Notes under the pieces: generated by a model
The model's database searches: none
Told to the model about the DNA's origin: nothing
What the model saw: the letters and a program-made list of their open reading frames with translations, nothing else
Made by a program: the position numbers and the translations under genes
Source of the DNA: Thermodesulfobacteriota bacterium
GTDB taxonomy: Bacteria; Desulfobacterota_D; UBA1144; Nemesobacterales; JAJCZQ01
DNA: 64,000 nucleotides
Assembly: GCA_965203965.1 (NCBI GenBank)
Contig: CBDBDR010000017.1
Coordinates: 128,001-192,000, forward strand
Direction of reading: 5' to 3'
Shown: piece by piece, positions 52,056-63,102 of the stretch
Numbering within the stretch: position 1 is the first letter of the stretch
Layout: every line of letters begins with the position of its first letter

Positions 52056-53440
52056 ATGAAAATAAAGATTCTATTTTTAGTATTAACTATTTTTATATTT
52101 TTGAATAATTTAGAGGTAAATGCGGAGAATGAGGAAGAAGTTAATATTGATGAAATAATTCAGTCCATAGATGAAGAGTTTAGAAAATTAAGTTCATCAA
52201 ATGCCGACACATCCAATATAAGTAGAAATATTAATGATCATCTGGACAAATTCTATAAAATCCATCGAGATATATCAGTTATAGCAAATGATTATATACC
52301 ATTGCTTATAAAATACATTGATACCGGAAATAAAAAACAAACTGGAACCGCAATTTTTGAGTTGTCTTTGTATTTATTACTTTCTCCACTTAGTGAAAGA
52401 TCTGTGCTTTATAAACCTCTGGTGTATGAGCTATCCAAAGAAGAAATTGAAATTTTGCATGAAAAATTAGCTCCTTTATTCAATAAAACATTTCGTGAAC
52501 TGCCATATTATGAACTGCCATATTTTCTTATAGAGAATATTCAACCGCGACCTTCGTAAAATTAGAAGTTAATTCTAAAAAGGAATATTTTTTGACCGGA
52601 ACGTTGTATGGTTACAGTTTCAGTCGTTCCCTGGTATACACCAAAGAGGTGCCTCCCAAGGAAACTTATTTTGGTTTTGTAGTAAAATTCAATGAGTCTG
52701 GTGATGTTTTGTGGAATAAAACATTTGATTATGAGGGATATGATAGGATAACAGACATTTTACCTTTAGAGGGAGGTGGGGTAGTAGTAACCGGGCATTA
52801 TGGTGATCCTGGGTTAGCTGCTTGGCTTAACAGTGGAGAGATGACTTATATAAGGCATTATGATTCGAACGGGAAATTGCTGCAAGAGAGAGAATTTAGT
52901 GGCAGATTTGGGAGTATAAAGTATTTTAAGAAAGATGATTCTCTGCTTAGTTCTCTGACCAGATTTTTGAAGGGATATGGAAGTATAAAGTATGTATTTC
53001 TATACGATAGCGGTAATTACCGAGAGATGTTTGATAAACTGGATAAATTAGATAAATCAGTAGCTAGAAGAGTAATTGATCAGGATTTAAAACTGGTTTT
53101 CTTAGATTCTGAGCTAAAGGAAATAAAAACCGCAGATATATACAACTTGGTGAATCACATTGTTGTAGAAAAAACAAAAATACCGATTCTGCCATCATTG
53201 TTTGAAATTATTTCTGCTGATAGAGGGGTATTAATTGCAGGAAATAAACATAGTAACCCATTGTTTATTAAATTTGATAATAAGGGTAATAAAGAATGGA
53301 CTTACCATGGTGATAATTTTAAAAGATCATTTGAATGGGATATTTCATATATTGTGGTTGGTAAGAAAATATATTTTATTTCTGAAACTTTAGAAGATAG
53401 TAAGAGTTTTCGGATTATACAGTTTGGGCTACGGAAATGA
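52056..53440 (+). pseudogene. Secreted protein with beta-propeller-like C-terminal part, probably one gene split by a frameshift (ORFs 52056-52559 and 52592-53440)
   Basis: Signal peptide on ORF1; ORF2 frame is open from 52514, overlaps ORF1 and has no convincing RBS. Confidence 0.55.
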
Positions 53441-53493
53441 TTTGTTTTATAACTTTGAATATATAGGTAAGAGTTGAGTATTTATGATGACAA

Positions 53494-53516
53494 TGAGTAG
53501 AAGAGTTTTTGCACAC
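53494..53516 (+). repeat. 23-bp direct repeat, copy 2
   Basis: TGAGTAGAAGAGTTTTTGCACAC. Confidence 0.85.
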
Positions 53517-53795
53517 GAGTTGTGGATGTTGAGAATAGAATATTTATGCATATCGCTTATTGTATTAGTGCTATCTGGATAGAAACATTTCTTAAAGGGT
53601 TATGGGGGGGGCGATGTTGGAAGCATATAAGAAGGGGATCAACGGTTATCTAAAACCTGTGGTGAAAGGCAATCAGTAGCTGGTGGTATTTGTAATGTTT
53701 GTTCAGAATGGCGATCTAATAATATAGTTTTTGCGTTTGATTTCCAACTTGTTCATGTTGAATGGGGATTTTTAATGTCTTGTGGTTCAATGTTA

Positions 53796-53804
53796 TGATA
53801 TAAT
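53796..53804 (+). promoter_or_regulatory. Extended -10 promoter for the hypothetical-argG-queA unit
   Basis: TGaTATAAT; GGGAGG RBS downstream. Confidence 0.55.
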
Positions 53805-53833
53805 GTTAAGATTTTACGTTTCGGGAGGGTTCT

Positions 53834-54253
53834 ATGGTTCGGATAATGTGTTGGTTGGATTCTGAGGACTACTGGCATTTACATAATATGCAAGAAGGTA
53901 ATCAGGCAATAGACTATTATGCGTATAGGTTTAACGTTGATGATAGCTCGGAAGCTCCTGATCCAACCCCGGTCAATTTGATAGTGATTGAGATGGTTAA
54001 TGCAAATATGGCAGTGGGTTTTGTTTTGTCTCCTAATTTTAAGATTGAGAAGGAATTGGAGATTGGTTTTATATGTCAAGAAAAGCCCGACAAAGGTATT
54101 CCACTTGCGTGTAAACTTTCGGATGAGGTGAAGAATACCAAGTATGCAGGTACAGATATTCACAGGATTGAATATATAGGCTTTACTCTAGAGAAGTTTT
54201 ACGAAAATAAGGGTGCGAAATTTTACCTCCACGATTTAAGGCACTCTAAATAG
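53834..54253 (+). CDS. Hypothetical protein
   Basis: 139-aa ORF with GGGAGG RBS; no motif recognised. Confidence 0.75.
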   Translation: MVRIMCWLDSEDYWHLHNMQEGNQAIDYYAYRFNVDDSSEAPDPTPVNLIVIEMVNANMAVGFVLSPNFKIEKELEIGFICQEKPDKGIPLACKLSDEVKNTKYAGTDIHRIEYIGFTLEKFYENKGAKFYLHDLRHSK

Positions 54254-54285
54254 TAATTTTTTGGAACAACGTTCAAGGATAATCA

Positions 54286-55482
54286 ATGCCGAAGAATAAC
54301 AGTATTGTGCTGGCTTATTCCGGCGGTCTTGACACTTCAATTATTCTGAAATGGCTGACCGTGGAACACAAAGCGGAAGTTATAGCATACGTAGCTGATC
54401 TGGGTCAGGGGGAAGACATTGAAGAAATAAGGAAAAAGGCTATAAAAACCGGTGCAAGCAAGGTATTTGTTGAAGATCTGAAAGAGGAGTTTGTTAAAGA
54501 TTTTGTCTATCCCGCTATCAAGTCCAATGCGATATATGAAGGTACTTATTTGCTTGGCACGTCACTTGCAAGACCTCTGATCGCAAAGAGGCAAGTAGAA
54601 ATAGCTCAGCAAGAAAAAGCTTTTGCCGTTTCTCATGGAGCAACGGGTAAGGGTAATGACCAAGTGAGGTTTGAGTTGACTTTTTATGCTTTGGATCCTC
54701 ATATAAAAGTAATTGCTCCTTGGAGGGAATGGGATCTTAGATCCAGAAATGATCTAATAAAATTTGCAGAGAGCAATGGAATTGAGGTACCCGTTACAAA
54801 AGAAAAACCTTACAGTTGCGATAGGAATCTGATGCACGTCAGTTATGAAGGGGGGGTTCTTGAAGACCCATGGACTGAACCGCCGGAGTCAATGTTTGAA
54901 ATGACGGTGTCACCGGAAAATGCTCCGAATGAACCAACTTTTATGGAGATTGAATTTGAGAAAGGTGAGCCAGTTGGAGTTGACGGTAGAAAACTGACGC
55001 CTGTTAAATTGTTGTCCGAGTTGAACGAAGTTGCCGGCAAAAATGGAATAGGGAGAGTTGATATTGTTGAAAATCGTTTTGTTGGGATGAAGTCAAGGGG
55101 TGTTTATGAAACTCCGGGTGCAACTCTTTTGCACGTGGCACACAGAGCCGTGGAATCATTAACCATGGACAGGGAGGTTATGCACCTTAGGGATTCTCTT
55201 GTGCCGAAAATATCCGAGCTTATTTATTACGGTTTGTGGTATGCTCCGGAAATGGAAATGCTTATGGCTGCTGTTGCAGATTCGCAGAAAAATGTTTATG
55301 GAGTGGCAAGGTTAAAGTTATACAAAGGTAACGTAACAGTTGTGGGACGTAGATCTCCCAAGTCCCTTTACTCACAAGACCTTGCAACTTTTGAGGAAGA
55401 TGAGATTTACGAGCAATCTGATGCTACGGGATTCATAAAACTGAATGCTCTTAGGCTTAAAATGAAGAAAATTCTCCCATAG
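54286..55482 (+). CDS. argG: Argininosuccinate synthase
   Basis: [34 protein letters not shown]. Confidence 0.98.
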   Translation: MPKNNSIVLAYSGGLDTSIILKWLTVEHKAEVIAYVADLGQGEDIEEIRKKAIKTGASKVFVEDLKEEFVKDFVYPAIKSNAIYEGTYLLGTSLARPLIAKRQVEIAQQEKAFAVSHGATGKGNDQVRFELTFYALDPHIKVIAPWREWDLRSRNDLIKFAESNGIEVPVTKEKPYSCDRNLMHVSYEGGVLEDPWTEPPESMFEMTVSPENAPNEPTFMEIEFEKGEPVGVDGRKLTPVKLLSELNEVAGKNGIGRVDIVENRFVGMKSRGVYETPGATLLHVAHRAVESLTMDREVMHLRDSLVPKISELIYYGLWYAPEMEMLMAAVADSQKNVYGVARLKLYKGNVTVVGRRSPKSLYSQDLATFEEDEIYEQSDATGFIKLNALRLKMKKILP

Positions 55483-56475
55483 ATGAAAACAAGTGATTTT
55501 GACTACCATCTTCCGCAAGGGCTTATTGCAAGATATCCACTTGAAAAGAGAGATGAGTCCAGACTTCTTACCCTGAACAGACGGAACGGACTTATAGCTC
55601 ATAAAAAATTTTCTGATATTCTGGACTATTTAAAAGAAGATGACCTTCTTGTCCTGAACAATACAAAGGTGGTTCCGGCAAAACTTGTCGGTCAGGTCAG
55701 CAACAATAAAGTGCAAATTCTACTTACTGATAGAATTTCTAGCACCGAATGGAAACTCCTGATAAAAAATCCTAAAAATAACAGTGTGATTGAATTTGAA
55801 AATGGAATAAAAGGGACTTTGATAAAAAGCAGTTCAGGTGGTTGGTTAATTAGGTTCAGTAAGTCTATTGATAAATACATATATGATTTTGGTGAAATGC
55901 CACTTCCTCCTTACATGGGAAGATCCTCGGAGGAAAAGGATAAAGAGACTTACCAAACTGTCTTTGCGGAAAAGGAAGGTGCAATAGCTGCTCCAACTGC
56001 AGGACTTCACTTTACAAGTGAATTGCTGAAGAAGATAAAAAAAATTGGTGTGGAAGTGAGGTTCATAACCCTTCACGCGGGTATTGGAACCTTCAGACCC
56101 GTTAAGTCGGAATACATTACAAATCACGTAATGCACAAAGAACTTGTAGAAATTCCCGAGCAAACGTTTGATGCTATATTAAATGCAAAAGAAAACTCGA
56201 GAAGATTGGTGGCGGTGGGAACTACCGTTGTCAGGGCTTTGGAGTCCGCGGCTAAGTTTGATTCTTTAACCTTCAATACAGACCTGTTCATTGTCCCGCC
56301 ATATAATTTTCAGTTTATTGATGCGATGATAACCAATTTTCACTTGCCACGATCTACACTGCTGATGCTTGTATCGGCATTTTGTTCAAGGGATATGCTG
56401 TTTACTGCATATCGTGAGGCAATACAGCGGAAATACCGTATGTTGAGCTATGGTGATGCAATGTTTATTTATTGA
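55483..56475 (+). CDS. queA: SAM:tRNA ribosyltransferase-isomerase
   Basis: DFDYHLP, PLPPY, AAPTAGLHF, TNFHLPRSTL, SYGDAM. Confidence 0.96.
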   Translation: MKTSDFDYHLPQGLIARYPLEKRDESRLLTLNRRNGLIAHKKFSDILDYLKEDDLLVLNNTKVVPAKLVGQVSNNKVQILLTDRISSTEWKLLIKNPKNNSVIEFENGIKGTLIKSSSGGWLIRFSKSIDKYIYDFGEMPLPPYMGRSSEEKDKETYQTVFAEKEGAIAAPTAGLHFTSELLKKIKKIGVEVRFITLHAGIGTFRPVKSEYITNHVMHKELVEIPEQTFDAILNAKENSRRLVAVGTTVVRALESAAKFDSLTFNTDLFIVPPYNFQFIDAMITNFHLPRSTLLMLVSAFCSRDMLFTAYREAIQRKYRMLSYGDAMFIY

Positions 56476-56523
56476 TGGAATAAAGATAGAATTGAAGTAA
56501 CCTGTTGTTCAAAGGAGGTTTGT

Positions 56524-57510
56524 ATGTCTTCACTAATTACGGGAGCCACCGGATTTATTGGTTCACACATAGCGCAGAAGTTGGTAGAAAGGGGCGAGAA
56601 AGTTAAGGTGCTTCTCAGAAAAACGAGTAAAACAAAAAACATTGATCATCTAGACGTTGAAAGAGTTTACGGAGATATACTTGACAAGGAGTCAGTTCTG
56701 AATGCACTGCGAGGTTGTGATACTTTGTATCATTCAGCTGGGTTTGTTTCCTTCAGGAAAAAAGATTATAGCAAGATGGAGGAGATAAACGTTCAGGGCT
56801 CAAATAAAGTCCTTTCAGCCGCGGTTGAAGCTGGTGTTAAGAGAGTTGTATTTACAAGTAGTGTCGCGGCACTTGGTCCTGCACCGAAAAATAGTTTAAT
56901 AACCGAGGATACTATAACGGATTTTCGTTCTGCTGGGATCTGCTATATGAACGTAAAGAAAGACGCGGAAGATGCAGCTCTTGATTTTTGCTCTCAGGGG
57001 CTTGACGTTGTCGTTACAAATCCCTCGGTAGTCCTTGGACCAGGGGACATTTATCTGTCCAGTGCCGGGTCCGTTATGTGGTATTGCAAAAGGCGATTTC
57101 CAGGATACATGGATGGGACCTTAAATATTACAGATGTAGAAGACGTGGCGGAGGGGCATATACTTGCTGCCGAAAAAGGGAAATCGGGCGAGCGGTATAT
57201 TCTGGGTAATACCAACGTTACGGTTCTTGAGTATTTCAAATTGCTTGAAAAAATAACCGGAATTCCCTCACCAAAGTTTAAGATCCCTTATTTTATTTCC
57301 TATGGAACTGCTTATCTGGTAGAGAGAATTTTGGGGTTTGATTTTCCCAATACGTCAACGATGGACTTGGATTCAGTAAAACTGACGCGTTACAACTGGC
57401 ACGTGGACAGCTCAAAAGCCGAATGTGAGCTCGGATACAATAAAACTCCCATAGAGGAAACGATAAGGAAGACATTTGACTGGTTTAAGGCAAATGGTTA
57501 CTTGGGTTAG
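56524..57510 (+). CDS. NAD-dependent epimerase/dehydratase (HpnA/dihydroflavonol reductase-like SDR)
   Basis: TGATGFIGS, FTSS, YxxxK, DVEDVAEGH, GERYILG. Confidence 0.88.
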   Translation: MSSLITGATGFIGSHIAQKLVERGEKVKVLLRKTSKTKNIDHLDVERVYGDILDKESVLNALRGCDTLYHSAGFVSFRKKDYSKMEEINVQGSNKVLSAAVEAGVKRVVFTSSVAALGPAPKNSLITEDTITDFRSAGICYMNVKKDAEDAALDFCSQGLDVVVTNPSVVLGPGDIYLSSAGSVMWYCKRRFPGYMDGTLNITDVEDVAEGHILAAEKGKSGERYILGNTNVTVLEYFKLLEKITGIPSPKFKIPYFISYGTAYLVERILGFDFPNTSTMDLDSVKLTRYNWHVDSSKAECELGYNKTPIEETIRKTFDWFKANGYLG

Positions 57511-57531
57511 ATTTTTATAAAATTATTTATC

Positions 57532-58605
57532 ATGCCCGGAAACACGTTTGGAAGATTGTTCAGAATAACCACCTGGGGAGAGTCCCACGGAAAAGCCGTC
57601 GGAGTGGTGCTTGATGGGTGCCCGGCTGGACTTGAGATCTCAGAGGAAGAGATACAAGTTGAGCTTGATAGAAGGAGACCGGGTCAGAGCAGCATAACAA
57701 CTCAGAGAAAAGAGCCTGATAAAGTTGAGATATTATCAGGTGTTTTTGAAGGCAAAACTACAGGAACTCCGATTTCCATGATCGTAAGAAATCTGGATGC
57801 TATCTCCAGATCTTATGAAGAAATAAAAAACATTTATAGACCTGGTCATGCTGATTTTACATACGACCAGAAATATGGCTTCAGGGATCACAGAGGAGGG
57901 GGTAGATCATCTAATCGCGAGACAGTTGGAAGAGTTGCCGCGGGGGCAATAGCAAAGAAGATATTGAAAAAAGAGGGGATAATAACTGTTGGATACGTAA
58001 AGCAGGTTGGAAACATAAAAGCCGAGAAATTTGATCTCGAGCAGATTAAAAAAAATCCTGTTAGATGTCCTGACAAAAACAAGGCAGTTCAAATGATAGG
58101 GTTGATCGAGAAAGTCAGGAAGGAAGGTGATTCAATAGGAGGAATTGTTGAAGTCATATCTGCGGGTATGCCAAGTGGGTTAGGTGAACCGGTTTTCAAC
58201 AAACTGGATGCTGATCTTGCGGCGGCGTTAATGAGCCTTGGAGGCATCAGGGGTTTTGAAGTCGGTCTTGGATTTGCAGTAGCGGATAAAAGAGGTTCTG
58301 AAGCAAACGACCTGATGTATAAAAAGAAAGACGGCAAACTGGGTTTTAAGACAAATAACGCCGGTGGCATACTGGGTGGTATATCAAATGGTGAGAACCT
58401 TATTGTCAGAATAGCAATTAAGCCCACTTCTTCAATATCAAAGGTGCAAAAAACAGTGGATAAGAAAGGTGAAGACAAAGAGTTGGTAGTAAAAGGAAGG
58501 CATGACCCGTGTCTTTGCCCAAGGGCGGTGCCCATAGCGGAATCTATGGTGAATTTAGTTTTGGTTGACCATCTGTTTATGTCCGGGGTTGCAAAATGGT
58601 TTTGA
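57532..58605 (+). CDS. aroC: Chorismate synthase
   Basis: [35 protein letters not shown]. Confidence 0.97.
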   Translation: MPGNTFGRLFRITTWGESHGKAVGVVLDGCPAGLEISEEEIQVELDRRRPGQSSITTQRKEPDKVEILSGVFEGKTTGTPISMIVRNLDAISRSYEEIKNIYRPGHADFTYDQKYGFRDHRGGGRSSNRETVGRVAAGAIAKKILKKEGIITVGYVKQVGNIKAEKFDLEQIKKNPVRCPDKNKAVQMIGLIEKVRKEGDSIGGIVEVISAGMPSGLGEPVFNKLDADLAAALMSLGGIRGFEVGLGFAVADKRGSEANDLMYKKKDGKLGFKTNNAGGILGGISNGENLIVRIAIKPTSSISKVQKTVDKKGEDKELVVKGRHDPCLCPRAVPIAESMVNLVLVDHLFMSGVAKWF

Positions 58606-58949
58606 CTAAAGACATTAAATTCAGGATTTTTGTGGAAAGTGATATGGTTTATTTTGGAGATTTTAGCGAGTTTCCGCAAGAGCAAAAGGAAAGGATGGTT
58701 GAAGCATTGGATGAATGGGGTGAAGTGCTTGGAAAAAGTGGTTTGAGGGAGATGATATTTTCATTGCTTGCATTTTATGATCAAAGGCAGTATGAGTGCA
58801 TAAAGTGCCGTGAAAATAGCAATGAAAACGCTGTCTGTCCTGTTTGTGGAGAAAAAATGTCTTTCCAAAGCAAATATGCTAAAAATGAAAAAATATCAGC
58901 ATTGCTGAACTGTATTGGCATGATAACTCATTTGGAGATTGAGCGCTAA
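58596..58949 (+). CDS. Hypothetical protein with zinc ribbon
   Basis: CIKC-x9-CPVCG. Confidence 0.7.
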   Translation: MVLTKDIKFRIFVESDMVYFGDFSEFPQEQKERMVEALDEWGEVLGKSGLREMIFSLLAFYDQRQYECIKCRENSNENAVCPVCGEKMSFQSKYAKNEKISALLNCIGMITHLEIER

Positions 58950-58950
58950 A

Positions 58951-59238
58951 ATGAAAATAGTAGTAAAAGGACAAGTTTTTCCAAAGATATGGGACATTGC
59001 GAGCAGCGTAGAAAAGATGAAGAACTGTCGCAAGAATTTTAATCTTGGCTCCGGAACAGTTAGCTACTCAGTTTATGAGGTTACCCTTCCGGATGATACA
59101 AAAAAAGAAGGAAACTATTTAATTACTCCACAGGGTGTCAAACTCTATTTCAACCAAGGTGGTAATTATGGAGTTGATTATCTTATTTCAGAATTAGATA
59201 GTGATCCGTTTGTTTCAAGGCATTTTCAGGAGGATTGA
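58951..59238 (+). CDS. Hypothetical protein
   Basis: ATG 1 nt after the previous stop; no motif recognised. Confidence 0.6.
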   Translation: MKIVVKGQVFPKIWDIASSVEKMKNCRKNFNLGSGTVSYSVYEVTLPDDTKKEGNYLITPQGVKLYFNQGGNYGVDYLISELDSDPFVSRHFQED

Positions 59239-59308
59239 TTTCTGGTGTGTTAAATATGATCACTTGCTTTCTCTTTTGTTATTTTCTCTTATTTGACGTT
59301 TGATCAGA

Positions 59309-60445
59309 TCAACTACCTAAAATTTCAGTTGCTTTCGTAACACCTGCTCCAAAGTTGAAACTGTGCCCCAGTTTTTTAAGAGTGGATTCCAATGCAGAAA
59401 TAATAGCTATTGTGTCCGTTGTTTCTATATCTCCAATGTGAGAGAATCTGAATATTTTACCTTTTGCATGGTCTTGACCACCTGCTATTGTCATACCGAA
59501 ATTGTTTTTTAATTCCTTGATAATTTTTGCCGCCCCGATCTCTTGGGGTGCAATGCCGACCGTTAAAGCTGTGCTGGGAGAGTCTTTGGCAAATAGTTCT
59601 ATGTTCATTGCAATTAATGCTTCTCTGGATGCACAGGACAGATTCTCGTGCCTTTTATACATATTTTCAAGTCCTTCACTTGAAAAATTTTTCAAAACTT
59701 TAACCAGTCCGATGATAAGGGTTACCGCCGGTGTCCACGGTGTAGTGTTGTTAGATGCACTTTTTTGATAGCTTTTCAGGTCAAAATAAAACTTGGGAAG
59801 ATCAGAAGTTTCATTAAATTTCCATGCTTTTTTGCTGAGTGCAATAAAAGCCAGTCCAGGTGGCATCATAAAGGCTTTTTGTGAACCTCCCACCAAAACG
59901 TCAATGCCAAGTCTGTCAAAATTCAGCGGAAATACGCCGACTGCAGTTATACCGTCTACAAGTAATAATACATCCTCTCTTACATTGGTTATTTTTGCTA
60001 TTTCCTCCGTTGGGTGCATAACCCCGGTTGACGTTTCACTTGCCTGTAACAGAACTGCTTTTATTGACGGGTCGTTATCAAGTGCCTCTTTAATTGAAGA
60101 AGGATCAACGGCCTTACCCCATTCCACTGAGATCTCCTGCACTTCAAGCCCGTAGGCTTTTGCAATTTTTGTCCATCTTTCGCCGAATTTACCTCCGTTT
60201 ACAACAAGCACCTTGTCGCCTGTGGACATGGTGTTGGCAACTGCAGCTTCCATTGCCCCTGTTCCCGATGATGCGAGTATGAATACCTCTTGGTCTGTTT
60301 GATATATATACTTGAGACCTTTTCTGACCTCTTCAACTATGCTCTCAAACTCTTTCGTTCTATGGTGTATAATAGGTTTTGCCATTTCAACCAGCACATC
60401 ACTGGGAACGGGAACGGGCCCGGGGGTAAATACGTATTGTTTCAC
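59309..60445 (-). CDS. Class V aminotransferase (serine-pyruvate/alanine-glyoxylate type)
   Basis: TPGPVPV, SGTGAMEA, ETSTG, GSQKAFM.PPG; GAGGAG RBS, GTG start. Confidence 0.92.
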   Translation of the reverse strand: MKQYVFTPGPVPVPSDVLVEMAKPIIHHRTKEFESIVEEVRKGLKYIYQTDQEVFILASSGTGAMEAAVANTMSTGDKVLVVNGGKFGERWTKIAKAYGLEVQEISVEWGKAVDPSSIKEALDNDPSIKAVLLQASETSTGVMHPTEEIAKITNVREDVLLLVDGITAVGVFPLNFDRLGIDVLVGGSQKAFMMPPGLAFIALSKKAWKFNETSDLPKFYFDLKSYQKSASNNTTPWTPAVTLIIGLVKVLKNFSSEGLENMYKRHENLSCASREALIAMNIELFAKDSPSTALTVGIAPQEIGAAKIIKELKNNFGMTIAGGQDHAKGKIFRFSHIGDIETTDTIAIISALESTLKKLGHSFNFGAGVTKATEILGS

Positions 60446-60711
60446 TTTTAACTCCTCTTAAAAATACTATTGTTGAATTAGAAACGGACAAGCTACCTGA
60501 TGGGGTATCAAAATCAAATGAGATTTAACTGCATTGTTTTTACACGCGTAAGTGGTGATACACCCTTTGGCTATTTTTACGATTTCAGTTAAATGGTTGC
60601 TTTTAATGGGATATAAATTTTATAACTAATTTATTGCCAATAAAGCCTAATTGCTTTGAATTCATGAATGGTTTACCATAATATTATAATTGATTTACGG
60701 GGGAGACAAGA

Positions 60712-61371
60712 TTGAAAAAAACTTTATATTCATTAATGCTTCTTATAGGAGTGGCGATACCGGTCTTACTATTGACTTCTATGCGGGATGGGGAGCGCAA
60801 GTCTGAAAATACCCAGAAGGGGGAGAAAATCATGGTCAAAAAAGATGGATTAAGGACTGCAACGTTAGCCGGTGGGTGTTTCTGGTGTATGGAGCCTCCA
60901 TTTGAAAAACTGGAAGGTGTTATTAATGTAGCGTCTGGATATTCGGGAGGAGAGGAAGTTGATCCGACTTATGGACAGGTTTCTTCTGGTGCTACCAGCC
61001 ACGTTGAATCTATTGAAATATTATATGACCCTAATAAAGTATCTTATGAAAAGATCCTTGAGATATTCTGGATGAATATTGATCCCACGCAGGTAAATGG
61101 TCAGTTTGCCGACAGAGGTAGGCAATACAGGACAGTAATCTTTTACCATGATGATGAGCAAAAGAAAAAAGCTGAGGAGTCAAAAAAGAAACTGGAAAAG
61201 TCCGGAAAATTTGATAAACCCATAGTTACCTCCATTGAGCCTTTTAACTCTTTTTATAAAGCTGAGGAGTATCATCAAGACTACTATAAAAAGAATCCCA
61301 TCCGCTATAAAATGTATAAAATAGGTTCGGGAAGAGAAGGTTTTATCAAAAGAACATGGGGCAAAAAATAG
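60712..61371 (+). CDS. msrA: Peptide-methionine (S)-S-oxide reductase with N-terminal signal/anchor
   Basis: AGGCFWC, SGYSGG, GQFADRG.QYR, AEEYHQDYY. Confidence 0.95.
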   Translation: MKKTLYSLMLLIGVAIPVLLLTSMRDGERKSENTQKGEKIMVKKDGLRTATLAGGCFWCMEPPFEKLEGVINVASGYSGGEEVDPTYGQVSSGATSHVESIEILYDPNKVSYEKILEIFWMNIDPTQVNGQFADRGRQYRTVIFYHDDEQKKKAEESKKKLEKSGKFDKPIVTSIEPFNSFYKAEEYHQDYYKKNPIRYKMYKIGSGREGFIKRTWGKK

Positions 61372-61420
61372 CAAGTTGATCACCGGATCTGATCATCTGG
61401 GTAAATTATTGCAATATGAA

Positions 61421-61954
61421 TTATTTGATGATTGAGTAGTTGGAATTGAGATAGGCAATGATCTCATCAATTGCCCTACCTCCGGAGCCTAAAATTATTC
61501 CACCGCTGATTAATCCCATCTTTGAACTACCTTCAAATCTGGCTTCCGCAATTACAACTTCTTCTTGTTTATCAATAAATCTTACTCCAATAACGATCTT
61601 GGTAGTTTTGACGACCTGCTTATACCATTCGGGTGGCTGAATACTAATGATAGTTCCTTCAATTAACATAACACCAGCACTGTTAGCTTCAACTGGTGAC
61701 CTACTAACACCGCTGAAGGTGCGTTCTTGCCTGAGTTTTTTGGCAAACTGGTTTGCCAGCTGCCATTGAAGTTCAGGGGGGGAATTTGGAATATCAGATT
61801 TGAAATCGGGAATTTCAACTATTTCATAATTCGCAAATTTTCTTTCAGGAGACAGTGTCTCAAAAGTTCTTCTTGAACCGCAAGATACTAATATTATGGT
61901 TATGGTAGTGAGAATAAGAATGTAATTAATAGCTTTCTTCTTTTTTACCTTCAT
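61421..61954 (-). CDS. Hypothetical lipoprotein (DUF4410-like)
   Basis: Basic N-terminus, hydrophobic stretch, lipobox LVSC. Confidence 0.7.
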   Translation of the reverse strand: MKVKKKKAINYILILTTITIILVSCGSRRTFETLSPERKFANYEIVEIPDFKSDIPNSPPELQWQLANQFAKKLRQERTFSGVSRSPVEANSAGVMLIEGTIISIQPPEWYKQVVKTTKIVIGVRFIDKQEEVVIAEARFEGSSKMGLISGGIILGSGGRAIDEIIAYLNSNYSIIK

Positions 61955-62012
61955 GGTGTTAATTATGTTGTATAGCTCTTTTATTGTAAAGATCAAATGA
62001 TTTGAGCTTTGA

Positions 62013-63095
62013 TCAGAAATGCCGAATTACCTCATAATAGGTATTGCGCTGTGCTGGTTTAAATCCTGCTGATCTTATCATGTGGACAAGCTCATCAATT
62101 GTGGCTCTTTTTTTGTTTTCTGCGCACGCTAAAACATTTTCATCGAACAAAGTGCCACCGAGGTCGCTTGCGCCGTAACACATTGTAATAGAACCCATTT
62201 TTTTGCCTTGTGTGAACCATGACCCTTGGATGTGTTTGAAATTATCTAGATATATCCTTGAAACTGATAAAATTCTTAAATACCTGTCCCCGCCGATCTC
62301 ATTTGGTAGTTTCTTTTCCAGAAAAGTGTTTTTGGGCTTGAATATCCATGGTATAAATGCCAGAAACCTCCCCGTTTGATCTTGCAATTCTCTTATACGC
62401 GCCAGATGTTCAATAATGTCCTCATCCTCTTCAAAATGTCCGAACATCATAGTAGCAGTTGTCTTAAATCCTATTTCATGTGCCTCTTTAGTTACGCTTA
62501 TCCATCTGTCCGCATCTATTTTGAGTGGACTGATCCTTTTTCTCATTTTATTTGTCAAAATCTCGGCACCGCCGCCCGGTATAGTTCTCAGTCCTGCATC
62601 CCATAAATTTTGCAACACCTCTCGGGACGTCATGTTCTCGTATTTTGCAATTGCTGCAATTTCCGGAGCTGAAAATGCGTGTAGGTGAAGTCCGGGAATT
62701 TCGCTTGTAGCTCTTTTAACTATTTCAATATAGTAGTCCAACTTGATCTCGGGATTGTGTCCACCTTGCAGCAAAACGGTTGTAGCACCGTTATGATAGG
62801 AAGTTTTCATAGTGCTTATAAGTTTATCAATGCTAAGTGTGTAGGCATCCTGTGCTTCTTGTGGTCTCCAAAAGGCGCAAAACAGACATTCAGTATCACA
62901 AATGTTTGTGTAGTTGGGATTGGTATCAGCTACAAAAGTCACGACGCCGTCAGGGTTAAATCTTTTTCTTACAAGATTTGCCAGTGCCCCAAGCCGAAGC
63001 GAGTCTCCATTTCTGAGAAGATGAAGAGCTTCATAGTTTGTTATTCTCTTCTTTTCAACTACTTTTTTGTATATTTCCTGAAGGTTCAGGCACAT
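62013..63095 (-). CDS. mqnC: Cyclic dehypoxanthine futalosine synthase (radical SAM, CofH/MqnC family)
   Basis: NYTNICDTECLFCAF (CxxxCxxC), LLQGG, PGGGAEIL, TTATMMFG, AFIPW; start set near 63095. Confidence 0.85.
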   Translation of the reverse strand: MCLNLQEIYKKVVEKKRITNYEALHLLRNGDSLRLGALANLVRKRFNPDGVVTFVADTNPNYTNICDTECLFCAFWRPQEAQDAYTLSIDKLISTMKTSYHNGATTVLLQGGHNPEIKLDYYIEIVKRATSEIPGLHLHAFSAPEIAAIAKYENMTSREVLQNLWDAGLRTIPGGGAEILTNKMRKRISPLKIDADRWISVTKEAHEIGFKTTATMMFGHFEEDEDIIEHLARIRELQDQTGRFLAFIPWIFKPKNTFLEKKLPNEIGGDRYLRILSVSRIYLDNFKHIQGSWFTQGKKMGSITMCYGASDLGGTLFDENVLACAENKKRATIDELVHMIRSAGFKPAQRNTYYEVIRHF

Positions 63096-63102
63096 AGATC
63101 GA

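Noticed and set aside
51859..53516. CRISPR array
   Set aside because: Only two repeat copies 1.6 kb apart; no spacers and no cas genes.
53517..53790. G8 tract and Cys-containing open frame
   Set aside because: No start codon or RBS and not linked to a gene; probably decayed DNA.
58089..58685. Long antisense ORFs (this one, and others such as 27980-28714, 6878-7406, 19636-20793)
   Set aside because: They lie opposite well-supported genes and have no motifs; typical antisense shadows.
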